A stretch of 64,000 nt of DNA from an uncultured delta proteobacterium (GCA_963802945.1 CAWDKY010000030.1:224001-288000), one strand, 5' to 3'; positions 11,340 to 22,352 are shown, counted from the stretch's first letter. Notes: generated by a model from the sequence alone, not told the origin. Numbers and translations: made by a program.

Positions 11340-12320
11340 TTATGAGGGATCGAGAAGCCTTTTTTCAAAGGGAGCCTTCAAGGTAAAATCCGGTAGGTAA
11401 ACCTCAGCACTTTCCAACTCCTGGATAAAGACCTCTTCAAATCCCAACTGTCTGGTAAAGGCTACGACTTCCTCATATTCACCCGGATGTAAGGACCTGT
11501 TGATTTCAGGTACCTGATAGGCTTTAAAACAGGGACGATACTGGGCCATTAGACTGATCGGGATCTCAAGAGATATCGAGGCCAGCGTCCTAATCATTCG
11601 CAGACTATTGGCAATATTTTCAGGCAGGATCAAATGCCGCACCAAAAGACCCCGATAGCCAAGACCCTGTTCATTGATCTTCAACGGCCCAACCTGCCGG
11701 AACATCTGCTTGACGGCGGCCTGGTTATAATGGGGATAATCATCTACCTGAGACAAACTGGCTCCCGTTTTTTTCTCTCCATATTTCATATCAGGCAAAT
11801 AGATATCCACGATCCCTTCCAACAAGTCCAAGGTCATCGCGGAAAGATAGCCGTGGGTATTATAAATAATTGGCAAATGAAACCCTTGTGAAATAGCCAT
11901 CTCCAGAGCCGAAAGAATAAAAGGCAGATGAGGCGTGGGGGAGACCAGATTGAGGTTATGACAACCTTGATTTTGCAAATCCAGAAAAATGCCGGCCAGT
12001 TCTTCCGGGACCAGTTCTTCTCCGATTCCCTCCTGACTGATCTGAAAATTCTGACAGTATAAACATCTCAGGGCACAACCGGAAAAAAAGACCGTCCCGG
12101 ACCCAAGGCTCCCGGAAAGAGGGGGCTCCTCTCCAAAATGGGGTAAGGCCCCGGCCACTTTTGCCTTTGAACCTTGTCGGCAAAGGCCTTTCTCTCCATT
12201 GAGCCGGTTTACCCGACAGTTCCGAGGGCAGAGGGAACAGCAGGACAAAAGATCCCAGGCCGCCTGGATTTTTTCTCGAAGTTTTCCCGAAGACCAAAAT
12301 TTGAGATAAGAGGGATCCAT
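11340..12320 (-). CDS. Radical SAM protein, PflX-like
   Basis: CSLCPRNC, HFGEEP, CxxxCxxC (CALRCLYC), DIYLPDMKY and LVRHLILP motifs. Confidence 0.88.
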   Translation of the reverse strand: MDPSYLKFWSSGKLREKIQAAWDLLSCCSLCPRNCRVNRLNGEKGLCRQGSKAKVAGALPHFGEEPPLSGSLGSGTVFFSGCALRCLYCQNFQISQEGIGEELVPEELAGIFLDLQNQGCHNLNLVSPTPHLPFILSALEMAISQGFHLPIIYNTHGYLSAMTLDLLEGIVDIYLPDMKYGEKKTGASLSQVDDYPHYNQAAVKQMFRQVGPLKINEQGLGYRGLLVRHLILPENIANSLRMIRTLASISLEIPISLMAQYRPCFKAYQVPEINRSLHPGEYEEVVAFTRQLGFEEVFIQELESAEVYLPDFTLKAPFEKRLLDPS

Positions 12321-12388
12321 GGATTCGCCGAAAAATTTCCCCTTTTCTTTCTTCTCTCCCAACCGATGGGAAAAATTAAGTTTGAACA

Positions 12389-12486
12389 TACGAATATTGA
12401 ATTTCGAACACCGAATTTCGAATCATGAATGGATTGGTTTCTTTCTAACTTCAACTTTCAATATTCGTAATTCGATATTCGACATT
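12389..12486. repeat. Heptamer-repeat hairpin (cgaat.. / attcg..) around catgaatggattggtttct
   Basis: Inverted ttcga-type heptamer arms; same core as 6819 and 22812. Confidence 0.7.
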
Positions 12487-12628
12487 TCCATGATTCTTGC
12501 TGCTTATCCGGGATATGGGTGCTTAGTGTGAAAATAAAAATCAAGAATCTGGAATCTAAGAGTCAGAATTCAGCATACATAAAAAAACGGCCTTCCTTCG
12601 TCCTCCGAATTTTCTCTCTCTTTCTTTC

Positions 12629-13516
12629 TTAAGCGGGATGCGTTCGTATAATAAGCCCTTCCAGGTTTATTCGATCCCTCTGGGAGGTGTTGCGGTGCAG
12701 GGAAAACAGAAAAGCCCCTTCGGTTATGTCCGGCTTTAGAAAAGGAAGACAGTGCCGGCGGAATTTGTCGATGGACAGGCTGTTCAGGATATCAAAACAT
12801 TTCGGGTTTTCAGAACACCCTTTCAACCATTTTTCTTGATGAACTTCCTGATCTTTAGGGATCACCCGATCCAATAAAGGAACCACGTCCACTTTGTCCT
12901 TATCTACCGTCCCCAGAAGTTTGATGAAATTGACCTGAATAAACCGTTTTCGGCAAGGCAGTTTATAAAACATCCGGCCTTCGGAATCAAATTTAATTTC
13001 TTTATAGTTGGTCCCTAAGGCCCAGGTCAAAGAACGCACATTATGATTGATGGCTATATCCTGAAGACCTAATCGCCAGTTTTTCAGGTGAGAGAGGTTG
13101 GTTGTTCCCGCGGCCGAGTCCTTATAGTCAGGGAAATAGGGTTCCAACAACCGCCTAAGGTATCCTCGGGAGAGATTTTCATTACAGGAATTCAGGTCCA
13201 GAATCTCCCGATTTAACTGGCGGATGGTTTTTTTCCATCCTTCCCCGACCCGACGGGCATATAAATTCTGATAATGCTCAAGAGAATCCGGATCCCGGTC
13301 GTTATTCAATTTTTCAAAAGCCAAGTTGATCTCGGCCACTTTTTTAGTCCTCTGAATTTTTAAATCCTGGTCATGCAAAGGAGATCGATCCGGATGATAA
13401 ATGAGCATTAAAGCCCGATAGGAGGCCTTGATCAGAGAAAACAATTCCTCTCCTTTTAAGGCCCGAACCATGGCCGGGGTGATACCCAAAACTTCAAATG
13501 GGTTTTTATTCTTCAT
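12629..13516 (-). CDS. J-domain (DnaJ N-terminal) protein with uncharacterised C-terminal domain
   Basis: NPFEVLGI...IKASYRAL..YHPDR...EINLAFEKL. Confidence 0.75.
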   Translation of the reverse strand: MKNKNPFEVLGITPAMVRALKGEELFSLIKASYRALMLIYHPDRSPLHDQDLKIQRTKKVAEINLAFEKLNNDRDPDSLEHYQNLYARRVGEGWKKTIRQLNREILDLNSCNENLSRGYLRRLLEPYFPDYKDSAAGTTNLSHLKNWRLGLQDIAINHNVRSLTWALGTNYKEIKFDSEGRMFYKLPCRKRFIQVNFIKLLGTVDKDKVDVVPLLDRVIPKDQEVHQEKWLKGCSENPKCFDILNSLSIDKFRRHCLPFLKPDITEGAFLFSLHRNTSQRDRINLEGLIIRTHPA

Positions 13517-13776
13517 AGTTGGGGTATTATACTCAATTATAAATATTAAATCAACCCGTTGATTCCTCATGACCTGTGGCCTCCTCAAAAAGCAATCAAG
13601 GAAATTAATTTTCTGAAAAGATTATTTTTATATTGACATACGAGTTCAAATCTCCTATTTACCATGCCTAAGAAAAGCGTCTCTATCAAAGCCAATCAAG
13701 CAGTCGTGGTCATGATAGGATTTAGAAGCAACGGAAAATCGGTAGACCCTTCGAGGGTTGCCAGAAGCGATGAGGT

Positions 13777-14982
13777 ATGGATATGAATGAATTAGAAGGA
13801 TTCAGAGCATCCGTTCGGAGCTGGCTTGAAGAAAAGGCCCCCAAAGCTTTACGGGGCAAGATGGGAGATATTCTTTCGCCCTATCAGGGTGGAACCAAAA
13901 CACCCCCTCCTTTTCCCGATTCTAGGGCCTGGATGGAAATGATGGTGGAAAAAGGCTGGACTGTGCCTTCCTGGCCCAAGGAGTACGGCGGCGGCGGTCT
14001 GAGTAAAGCGGAGACCAAGGTCCTGAACGAGGAGTTGACCCGTCTAAGGTTACCGCCTCCTTTAACCGGGTTCGGGATCACCATGATCGGTCCTACGCTC
14101 CTGCAATACGGCACCGAGGAGCAGAAAAAAAAGTTTATCCCTGAAATTGTTCACGGGGAAATCCGCTGGTGTCAGGGCTATTCCGAGCCGAATGCCGGGT
14201 CGGATCTGGCCAATATCCAGACCAAGGCCGTGATTGATGGGGATGATTATATCCTTAACGGCCAAAAGATTTGGACCAGTGGTGGGAATATGGCCGATTG
14301 GATTTTTATGCTGGTCCGTACAGACCCCGGAGTCAAAAAACAGGTGGGCATTACCTTCCTGCTGGCTGATTTGAATACCAAAGGCATTGAAATCCGACCG
14401 ATCAAACTGATCAGCGGAGCCAGCATCTTCTGCGAAGTCTTTTTTGAAGATGTGCGCGTTCCTCAAAAGAACGTCCTTAGCCGGGTGAACGGGGGATGGG
14501 AAGTGGCCAAGGCCCTGCTGGGCCACGAACGAACGTCCATTGCCACCCTGGGCACCAGAAGTGTGACGGCCAAGGCCGAAAACCCCGTGGAGGCAGCGGC
14601 CAGAAAGTATATCGGCCTAAGGCATGGGAGGCTGGCCGATGAAGTTATCCGAAACAGGATGGCCCAGATCCAGATGGATGAGTCCTGTTTCCAGCTTACG
14701 GTGCAGCGTAACAGCGACAATATCAAGGCCGGCCACCGGCCCGGCCCGGAGAGCTCCATTTTCAAGGTTTACGGCACGGAGTTGAACCAGAGGCGTCAGG
14801 AGCTTTTGCTTTCCATCCTGGGCCCGGAGTGCCTGGGCTGGGAAGGAGAAGGCTTTGAAGAGGACGAACTGGAGTTGTGTCGAACCTGGCTGCGTTCCCG
14901 GGGGAACACCTTAGAGGGCGGCACCTCAGAGATCCAGTTGAACATCATTGCCAAGCAGGTGTTGGGACTTCCGGACAAATAA
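13777..14982 (+). CDS. Acyl-CoA dehydrogenase (large-subunit type)
   Basis: WPKEYGG, WCQGYSEPNAGSDLA, NGQKIWTS, LGHER and GGTSEIQ motifs. Confidence 0.93.
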   Translation: MDMNELEGFRASVRSWLEEKAPKALRGKMGDILSPYQGGTKTPPPFPDSRAWMEMMVEKGWTVPSWPKEYGGGGLSKAETKVLNEELTRLRLPPPLTGFGITMIGPTLLQYGTEEQKKKFIPEIVHGEIRWCQGYSEPNAGSDLANIQTKAVIDGDDYILNGQKIWTSGGNMADWIFMLVRTDPGVKKQVGITFLLADLNTKGIEIRPIKLISGASIFCEVFFEDVRVPQKNVLSRVNGGWEVAKALLGHERTSIATLGTRSVTAKAENPVEAAARKYIGLRHGRLADEVIRNRMAQIQMDESCFQLTVQRNSDNIKAGHRPGPESSIFKVYGTELNQRRQELLLSILGPECLGWEGEGFEEDELELCRTWLRSRGNTLEGGTSEIQLNIIAKQVLGLPDK

Positions 14983-14989
14983 TATAATA

Positions 14990-15114
14990 CAGGTGCAGGG
15001 TTTGAGGTGTAAGGTGCAAGGTAATTAAATCCTCAACCCCAAATCTTTTCAAAAGATCGGTTTTGTTTTTTGGACCTAAAACCTTTTACCTTAAACCTTG
15101 TACCTTAAACCTTT
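14990..15114. repeat. Heptamer-repeat inverted hairpin (aggtgca / taaacct)
   Basis: aggtgcagggtttgaggtgtaaggtgcaaggt faces acctaaaccttttaccttaaaccttgtaccttaaacct. Confidence 0.7.
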
Positions 15115-15135
15115 TTTTCAATAGGAGATACGATC

Positions 15136-16278
15136 ATGGAACTAGTTCTCAATGAAGAACAAACCATGCTGGCCAAGACGGCCAAGGATTTCATCAAAGA
15201 CCATTCCCCGATCACCCGCCTGCGCAAACTCAGGGACGACCAGGAACCTCTTGGTTACTCCAAAGAGATGTGGCAAAAGATGGTTGAGTTAGGATGGACC
15301 TGCATTAATTTTTCTGAAGAGGATGGCGGCATGGGGTTGGGCATGGCCGAGGTGGTCCTGGTTACCGAGGCCCTGGGAAGGGGCCTGGCCCCGGAACCCT
15401 TTCTTTCAACCATCATGCTGGCCGGACAGGCCTTATCGATCGGGGGGAGCCAAGAACTCCGTGAACAATGGCTGGGTCCGATTATCGGAGGAGAAAAGGT
15501 TCTGGCCCTGGCCTATCAGGAAAAAGGCGGGCGTTATGACCTTAACCGAATCAAAACGCAGGCCACTAAGACCTCTGAGGGCTATCGCCTGAACGGTGAA
15601 AAAATCCAGGTCCTTGACGGGTACGGCGCGGATGCGATTATCGTCTCGGCCCGCACATCAGGAAAAGATGGCGATGCCGAAGGAATAACCCTCTTTCTCG
15701 TTCCCAAGGAAACCAAGGGTATGACCGTCACCCGTCAATGGCGAGTGGATTCCAGGAATGTGGCCCTGGTCCATTTGAAAGACGTAGAAATTCCGGCCTC
15801 AAATATCGTCGGCATGATTGATCAAGGGAGACCATTGCTGGCCCAGGTCATCGACCTGGCCACAATAGCCCTGTGCGGTGAAATGCTGGGCGGCATGAGC
15901 GCCGCATTCGATCGCATGCTGGGTTATATGAAGGAACGCGTTCAATTTGACGTGGTTATCGGTTCCTTCCAGGCCCTCAAACACCGGGCCGCCAAGGTAT
16001 TTATGGAGATCGAACTTGCCCGATCAATAGTCATGGCTGCGGCCCGGGCTCTGGACACCAATGATAAGAACAAAGAAGCCCTGGTTTCTACGGCCAAAGC
16101 CCGCTGTTCGGATGCCTATATATTGGCCACCAACGAAGGGGTCCAGATACTGGGCGGGATCGGAATGACCGATGAGGAGGATATCGGCTTCTATATGAAG
16201 CGCGCCAGGGCAGCGGAAATGACCTTCGGCGACGCCACTTATCACAAGGACCGGTTAGCCACTTTGAAGGGATATTGA
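15136..16278 (+). CDS. Acyl-CoA dehydrogenase (partner subunit type)
   Basis: ERVQF..IGSFQALKH and QILGGIGMT motifs; tandem with the previous ACAD as in heterotetrameric pairs. Confidence 0.9.
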   Translation: MELVLNEEQTMLAKTAKDFIKDHSPITRLRKLRDDQEPLGYSKEMWQKMVELGWTCINFSEEDGGMGLGMAEVVLVTEALGRGLAPEPFLSTIMLAGQALSIGGSQELREQWLGPIIGGEKVLALAYQEKGGRYDLNRIKTQATKTSEGYRLNGEKIQVLDGYGADAIIVSARTSGKDGDAEGITLFLVPKETKGMTVTRQWRVDSRNVALVHLKDVEIPASNIVGMIDQGRPLLAQVIDLATIALCGEMLGGMSAAFDRMLGYMKERVQFDVVIGSFQALKHRAAKVFMEIELARSIVMAAARALDTNDKNKEALVSTAKARCSDAYILATNEGVQILGGIGMTDEEDIGFYMKRARAAEMTFGDATYHKDRLATLKGY

Positions 16279-16494
16279 TTACCTCTTGAATTCCCTCCGT
16301 TAGCTTAACAACTGTTTATTCCATCCATCTAAAATTTTGATGGTTGCGCCTTGCCCTGCGATTTGGCCCATTGGAGTCGAGATAACCGCAAAACAGTAAC
16401 TTAAAATAAAAAGCCCTGTGTCCCCGCACAGGGCTTTTTACTATCAGAAGTAAAATTGCTTTAGAAATGAGCTTTGAATACCTGTTTTGAAGGA

Positions 16495-17883
16495 TCACGG
16501 TTTCTGTGGAAAAATTTTCCCCGGATTCAGGATGTGATTGGGATCAAAGAGATCTTTAATCTTTTTCATGAGGGTCAAGGAGACCGGATCTAATTCCAGA
16601 GACAGGAATGGGGCCTTGGTCAATCCGACGCCGTGTTCTCCGGAAAGAGTGCCGCCTAATTTAAGGACTGTTTTAAATATCTCGGCTAAGGCCTTTTGGG
16701 CTTTTTCCTTTTCGCCCGTTTTATTCCCATCAAACATGATGTTGACATGAATGTTCCCATCTCCGGCATGGCCGAAACTGACGATCAATAATTCAAAATG
16801 CCGGCCGATGGCCTCAAAACGCTCGATCGCCTCTGGGATCTTTTCACGAGGGACAACGATATCTTCATTGATCTTATTGGGCCGCAAACGAAAAAGGGCC
16901 GGAGAAATGGCCCTCCGGGCTTTCCATAATTCTTCCGCTTCCGAAGGGCTGGCCGCCTTCTCCACCCCCCCTGCCCCGATTCGCCGGCAAAGGCGCTGAA
17001 TCGTTTCTCCCTGCCGGGCCACCGCTTCAAGATCACCGTCCACTTCAAATAGCAGCAGGGCCTGAGACTGAGTGGGCAATCCCAGATGGAGGAATTCCTC
17101 GACACAAGCCATGGATGAATGATCCATAAATTCAAGGGTGGAAGGGAGTATCCCGGCCTTAAAAGTTTCTATCACGGCTTGGGCGGCTAAGGTCATCCGG
17201 TCGAAAAAGGCCAGAATGGTTTGCTTGGCCTCAGGCATAGGAATCAACTTCAAGACCATTTCAGTGATGATTCCCAAGGTCCCTTCGGAACCGACCATCA
17301 AACGGGTCAGATCATAACCGACTACCCCTTTGGCCGTCTGAACCCCGGTTTTTAAAATTGCTCCAGTTGGAAGCACGACCTCCAGACCCAAGACATAATC
17401 CCTCGTTACACCGTATTTTACAGCCCGGCCTCCTCCGGCGCATTCGGCCAGGTTTCCTCCCAAAGTGGAAAAATGGGAAGAGGATGGATCCGGAGGATAG
17501 AAAAGTCCCTTGGCCTCGACAGCCTGTTGCAGATCCCGGGTAATCACTCCCGGTTCAACGACCGCCAGAAAATTATTCGAGTCGATGGTCTTGATCCGGT
17601 TCATTCGCAACAAGACCAGGACCCATCCCCCCCAGATCGGCACCGATCCTCCGCTCATACCCGATCCTGCCCCGCGGGGGACAACGGGGAATTGATAAGC
17701 GTTGGCCAGTCTTACTATTTCGCTGATCTCTTGTGTTGTTCCGGGAAAAAGCACACCATCGGGCCAGGCCTCGATCTGAGTAGCGTCATAGGCATAGCTC
17801 TGTCGATCGGTGTCCCGGTCGGTGATGTACTCTGGCCCGACGATTTTCTCCAGGGCTTTGTAAATTTTTTTATCCATTTTCAT
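16495..17883 (-). CDS. glcD: FAD-linked oxidase, GlcD/D-lactate dehydrogenase-like
   Basis: PRGAGSG, YPPDPSS, KYGVTRDYV, GSEGTLG, HAGDGNIH and GEHGVG motifs. Confidence 0.88.
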   Translation of the reverse strand: MKMDKKIYKALEKIVGPEYITDRDTDRQSYAYDATQIEAWPDGVLFPGTTQEISEIVRLANAYQFPVVPRGAGSGMSGGSVPIWGGWVLVLLRMNRIKTIDSNNFLAVVEPGVITRDLQQAVEAKGLFYPPDPSSSHFSTLGGNLAECAGGGRAVKYGVTRDYVLGLEVVLPTGAILKTGVQTAKGVVGYDLTRLMVGSEGTLGIITEMVLKLIPMPEAKQTILAFFDRMTLAAQAVIETFKAGILPSTLEFMDHSSMACVEEFLHLGLPTQSQALLLFEVDGDLEAVARQGETIQRLCRRIGAGGVEKAASPSEAEELWKARRAISPALFRLRPNKINEDIVVPREKIPEAIERFEAIGRHFELLIVSFGHAGDGNIHVNIMFDGNKTGEKEKAQKALAEIFKTVLKLGGTLSGEHGVGLTKAPFLSLELDPVSLTLMKKIKDLFDPNHILNPGKIFPQKP

Positions 17884-18173
17884 TCAAGTATACCGCAGTG
17901 TTGGAAAAACCTAACACCCCACCACTCCATTACTCCAATACTCTAGTACTCCAAGTGTTTTCCCCCTACCATCATAGAAAAGATGTTACTGCCAAGTCAA
18001 ATAAAAAGAACCGGCTAAAAATCTATTGACAAACAGACCGAATATTTATGATAGTGAACCTGATTTTTCCCTTGAACCCTGGTTTCAAAATCTTAACCCC
18101 TTGAATCCTTAGCATGCATCTTGGTGCTCCAATGGGGTATGTCTATTCTCTTAGAAAGGCGGGCCGGTTTTAG

Positions 18174-19331
18174 ATGTTCCTTCATCTTAATCAGGTGCAA
18201 AGAGAGATACAGGATCGGGTGCGGTCTTTGGTTGCTTCTGAGATCGCCCCGAATGCCGAAAATATCGATGCCCGGGATGAATTTCCTCAGACCAGTTATG
18301 AGGCCTTTAAAAAGGCCGGGCTTTTAAGGCTTTCCCTTCCCTTGGGCTATAACGGCCAGGAGGCGGATTCAACCACGCTTTGCTTAGTTATTAAAGAAAT
18401 AGCCAAGGCCTCTCCGGCTTCAGCCCTTCTGGTGTTCCCCACCCAAGCGGTGATCCGGACCATCCGGGAAGTGGGAACCAGCGAGCAAAAGGAGCGCTTT
18501 TTTTCCGATATGTCCCAAGGAGACAAGCTCTGCGGATTTTGTCTGACCGAACCGAATTATGGTTCGGATGCAGCGTCCCTGCAAACCCGAGCAGTTTTGA
18601 ATGGGCAATATTATCTGGTCAATGGAACAAAATCTTTCATTACCTTGGGACCTCATGCCCATTATTATCTGGTTTTTGTCAGGACGGATAACGGAAAACA
18701 AAGCAGAGGAGTCAGTGCCCTGATTGTTCCTCGCCATGCGCCCGGTTTGTCCTTTGGAAAAAAAGAAAAAAAAATGGGATTGGGAGGTTCGGTAACTACT
18801 GAGATGGTCTTTCAAAATGCCCAAGTGCCCAAAGACAATCTGCTCCTCGGCGAAGGAAGAGGATGGGAAATCCTGGCGCGCCATGCCAACATCATGCGGG
18901 TCTGGGGTGCGGCTTCCATGGCCTTGGGGATTGCTGAAGGGGCCTATGAAGCAGCCCTGGCCTTTGCCAAAAACCGAAGCCAGTTCAAACAAGCGACAGC
19001 CTCTTTCCAAGCCGTTGGTTTTATGCTGGCAGACATGAAAATCGCTATTGAGGCAGCCAAATCTTTGATCTTTAGAACGGCGGCCATGGTTGACGCCCGG
19101 GAAGGCTCATTTCGCGATATAGAGACCCTAGTTTCCATGTGTAAATGTTATGCCTCGGATATGGCCATGAAAATCACCATTGATGCGGTCCAGATCTTTG
19201 GTGAGGCCGGGTACATGAAAGGATCTCCAGTCGAACGGATGATGCGGGATGCCAAGGCAATCCAGATTTTCGACGGCACCAATCAGATCCAGCGGATAGT
19301 CGTCTCCAGGAATCTTTTAAGGAAAAAATAA
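18174..19331 (+). CDS. Acyl-CoA dehydrogenase
   Basis: CLTEPNYGSDA, NGTKSFIT, KKMGL and RDAKAIQIFDGTNQIQR motifs. Confidence 0.92.
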   Translation: MFLHLNQVQREIQDRVRSLVASEIAPNAENIDARDEFPQTSYEAFKKAGLLRLSLPLGYNGQEADSTTLCLVIKEIAKASPASALLVFPTQAVIRTIREVGTSEQKERFFSDMSQGDKLCGFCLTEPNYGSDAASLQTRAVLNGQYYLVNGTKSFITLGPHAHYYLVFVRTDNGKQSRGVSALIVPRHAPGLSFGKKEKKMGLGGSVTTEMVFQNAQVPKDNLLLGEGRGWEILARHANIMRVWGAASMALGIAEGAYEAALAFAKNRSQFKQATASFQAVGFMLADMKIAIEAAKSLIFRTAAMVDAREGSFRDIETLVSMCKCYASDMAMKITIDAVQIFGEAGYMKGSPVERMMRDAKAIQIFDGTNQIQRIVVSRNLLRKK

Positions 19332-19424
19332 ACATAAGACAGTTAACTTTTTACCTTTTACATTTTATATTTTGTATTTCACATTTTATTACCAATTATT
19401 ACCAATGATCAGGAGGAATAATTC

Positions 19425-21199
19425 ATGCGACCTTATTTTGAAAAGATGGACGATTTAGGTAAACCCATCAAACCCGCCCAGATAGAGAAGATGGCAGAAA
19501 ACCGGGCACAGATTGAGGCGGTAGTCAAAGAAGTGGAAGCGGAGATCGAGCGGGTCAAGAAGGCCGGACTGCCGGCTGAAAAAATCCATGAGCGGAAAGA
19601 GATGACCGTTTGGGACCGGATTGAATATCTGGTCGATCCGGGAACGTTCTGCCCTCTTCATACCTTATATAATCCAAAAGATAACGAAGAAGGGACCACC
19701 GGAGTGATCGACGGCCTGGCCCGCATCAGCGGACGGTGGTGTGTCCTGATCGGTTTTGATAATAAGGTCATGGCCGGGGCCTGGATCGCCGGACAGGCGG
19801 AAAACCAGTTGCGGGTGACGGATTTGGCCAAACGTCTTCACATCCCTCTGGTCTGGCTGGTCAACTGTTCCGGGGTCAAGCTCACCGAACAGCAGGAAGT
19901 CTATGCCGATCGACGGGGAAACGGGACCACCTTCTTCCGCCATGCCGAACTGGAAAAATTGGGCATCCCGGTCCTGGCCGGGATATATGGAACCAACCCG
20001 GCCGGCGGCGGTTATCAGGGGATCAGCCCCACCATTCTGTTGGCCCATAAGAACTGCAATATCGCCGTCGGCGGCGGCGGTATCGTCAGCGGTATGAGTC
20101 CCAAAGGGACTTTTGATGAAGAGGGTGCCGAACAGATCATTGAGGCCACCCGGCACTTCAAACAGGTCCCTCCGGGCAGTGTCAAAATCCATTATGATTC
20201 CACCGGATTTTTCCGGGCCGTCTTTGAAGAAGAAACCCAGGTCCTGGATGCCTTGAAAGAGTATATGGCCGAAATACCGGCCTATCATCCTCGGTTTTTT
20301 CGGGTGGCCAAACCGGCCGACCCCAAATATCCCCTTTCGGATCTGCCTCCATTATTGCCTTTAACCAAAAAGCGGTCTATGACTTCGATAACTTCCTGGC
20401 CCGTCTGGTGGACTCAAGCGAACACCTGGAGTTTCGTCCCGGGTATGGACCGGAGGTCTATACCGGGCTGGTCAAAGTGGATGGTTTTTTGTTGGGGGTC
20501 ATCGGTAATCGACAAGGTTTTCTTGGGGCCAATTATCCGGAATATACCAATGAATATATCGGGATCGGCGGAAAACTTTATCGCCAGGGCCTGATCAAGC
20601 TGAATGAATTCGTCACCCAATGCGGACGGGACCGGGTGCCGATCGTCTGGTTTCAGGACACCTCGGGGATCGATGTGGGGGATATTGCCGAGAAGGCCGA
20701 ACTGCTGGGTCTGGGTCAATCCCTGATCTATTCCATCGAACAGACCGATGTGCCCATGATGTTGGTGGTCTTAAGAAAAGGCACGGCTGCGGCCCATTAT
20801 ATCATGGGCGGCCCGACGGCCAACAATCACAATGCCTTCACTCTGGGCACGCCGACGACCGAGATCTATGTCATGCACGGCGAGACGGCTTCCGTGGCCT
20901 CTTTTTCCCGAAGGCTGGTCAAAGAAAAGGACAGCGGCAAACCCTTACAGCCGGTGATCGATAAGATGAATGCCCTGGCCCAGCAGTATTACGATCAATC
21001 CCGGCCCATTTATTGTGCCAAACGGGGCTTTGTGGATGAAGTGGTCCGCTATGAGGCCATTCGACTTTACCTGAAGGCCTTCGCCGGCAGTGCCTACCAG
21101 AACCCCATCTCCATCTGCCCCCATCATCACATGATGCTGCCGCGAATGATCCGTTCCCAGATCGTCAAAGGATTAGACCGACCCAAGAAGGAAGGGTAG
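19425..21199 (+). CDS. gcdA: Glutaconyl-CoA decarboxylase alpha (carboxyltransferase) subunit, frameshift near 20345
   Basis: AGAWIAGQ, NCSGVKL, GTNPAGGGY in ORF 19425; QDTSGIDVG, RKGTAAAHY, VMHGETA in overlapping ORF 20408. Confidence 0.85.
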
Positions 21200-21255
21200 A
21201 TAAGAACGTTTAACTTGCAATTCCCCACATCTTGATGGGAGGATACCTCTGAAGT

Positions 21256-21292
21256 CCTCTCCCTTGACGGGAGAGGATTTAGGTGAGGGTGA
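21256..21292. repeat. REP-like cctctccc...gggagagg palindrome
   Basis: cctctcccttgacgggagaggatttaggtgagggtg. Confidence 0.6.
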
Positions 21293-21317
21293 AACTGAAA
21301 TAATGTTTTATCCTTTG

Positions 21318-21347
21318 ATACCCCGCAGCTTGCTGCGGGGAGCTTCA
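21318..21347 (+). mobile_element. Isolated IS200/IS605-like end palindrome
   Basis: ccccgcagcttgctgcgggg followed by agcttca; no tnpA or tnpB nearby. Confidence 0.4.
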
Positions 21348-21407
21348 TTGAAACGGGCCTGAGGATTTTATTTTGGATTGGCGATAAGGAAATTTGAAAA
21401 AGAGGAT

Positions 21408-21441
21408 AAAAAAGGGAGGCTAAGCCTCCCCTTTTTATTTT
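21408..21441. terminator. Bidirectional rho-independent terminator
   Basis: aaaaagggaggctaagcctcccc-tttt between convergent genes. Confidence 0.8.
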
Positions 21442-21506
21442 AAAAAACAAGGTTGTTTTTCAAAGGACTACCAAAACCGTCAATTAAGTTGCAACTACTC
21501 TGACTT

Positions 21507-22352
21507 TCACCTTTTTTGTAGCCCTCCATGTGGGCTTGGTCCAGGCGCTCGGGATACACCGTGCTGTTGGAAACCAGGTCCGGGCCCTCCAGCATGCGGG
21601 TGTAATCCAGGTCCGGGTCCTCCAGCATGCGGGTGTAATCCAGGTCCGGGCCCTCCACCATGCGGGCGGAATCCACCGTGTCCTCCCCATCCATGGTCAT
21701 AGGGTCTCAATCCATATCCATAAGGTGGCCTCCACCCATGTCCGTGCCAACCCCCGCCATACCATCGACCACCAGGCCCCCAATACCCTGGATACCATTC
21801 ATATCCTCGAGGGTGTCGACCACGCCAGAGGCCGGGATGCCAAATTCCGCCCTCCCAAAAACCAGGAACCCAGACCATCCCAGGAGCCACTGGTCTAATT
21901 CTCGCCCAATGAGCAGGACGCCAGCGGCCCAAGTACCAGTATCCTGGAACCCATTCATATCCAGATACGGATGGTGGAGGGGCCGGCACCCATTGGCCAT
22001 TTTGCCAGACATAAGGAGCATCTGCAGGAGGGGCAGGGACCAATATCCATCCCCCCTCAGATTGAACCCATATTTGTCCAGAAGGTGGAGCAGCCAACAT
22101 CACTGGTGGTGGCGGCGGTGGAATGAACGCCAGAGGTCCTAGTGGTCCGAATCTAGGTCCGGGCCCTCGGAATCCTGGTGGCGGCGGTCGGAATCCCGGT
22201 CCGGGCGGGTGAAATACAGGTCCGGGCCCTCCAGGTCCATGCGGTCCGGGTGGCGGCGGCGGAACAGCTATTGCTAAACTGCAAAGTGAAACCAGGAAAA
22301 AGACACAAAAAAGAATTCGTACCATAGACTCTAAAAATTTTTTTCTCTTCAT
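21507..22352 (-). CDS. Secreted Pro/Gly/His-rich protein with WxxGxW repeats
   Basis: Signal-peptide-like N-terminus; WVPGYW, WVPGFW and WYPGYW repeats; 33-bp tandem repeat at 21574-21666. Confidence 0.7.
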   Translation of the reverse strand: MKRKKFLESMVRILFCVFFLVSLCSLAIAVPPPPPGPHGPGGPGPVFHPPGPGFRPPPPGFRGPGPRFGPLGPLAFIPPPPPPVMLAAPPSGQIWVQSEGGWILVPAPPADAPYVWQNGQWVPAPPPSVSGYEWVPGYWYLGRWRPAHWARIRPVAPGMVWVPGFWEGGIWHPGLWRGRHPRGYEWYPGYWGPGGRWYGGGWHGHGWRPPYGYGLRPYDHGWGGHGGFRPHGGGPGPGLHPHAGGPGPGLHPHAGGPGPGFQQHGVSRAPGPSPHGGLQKR

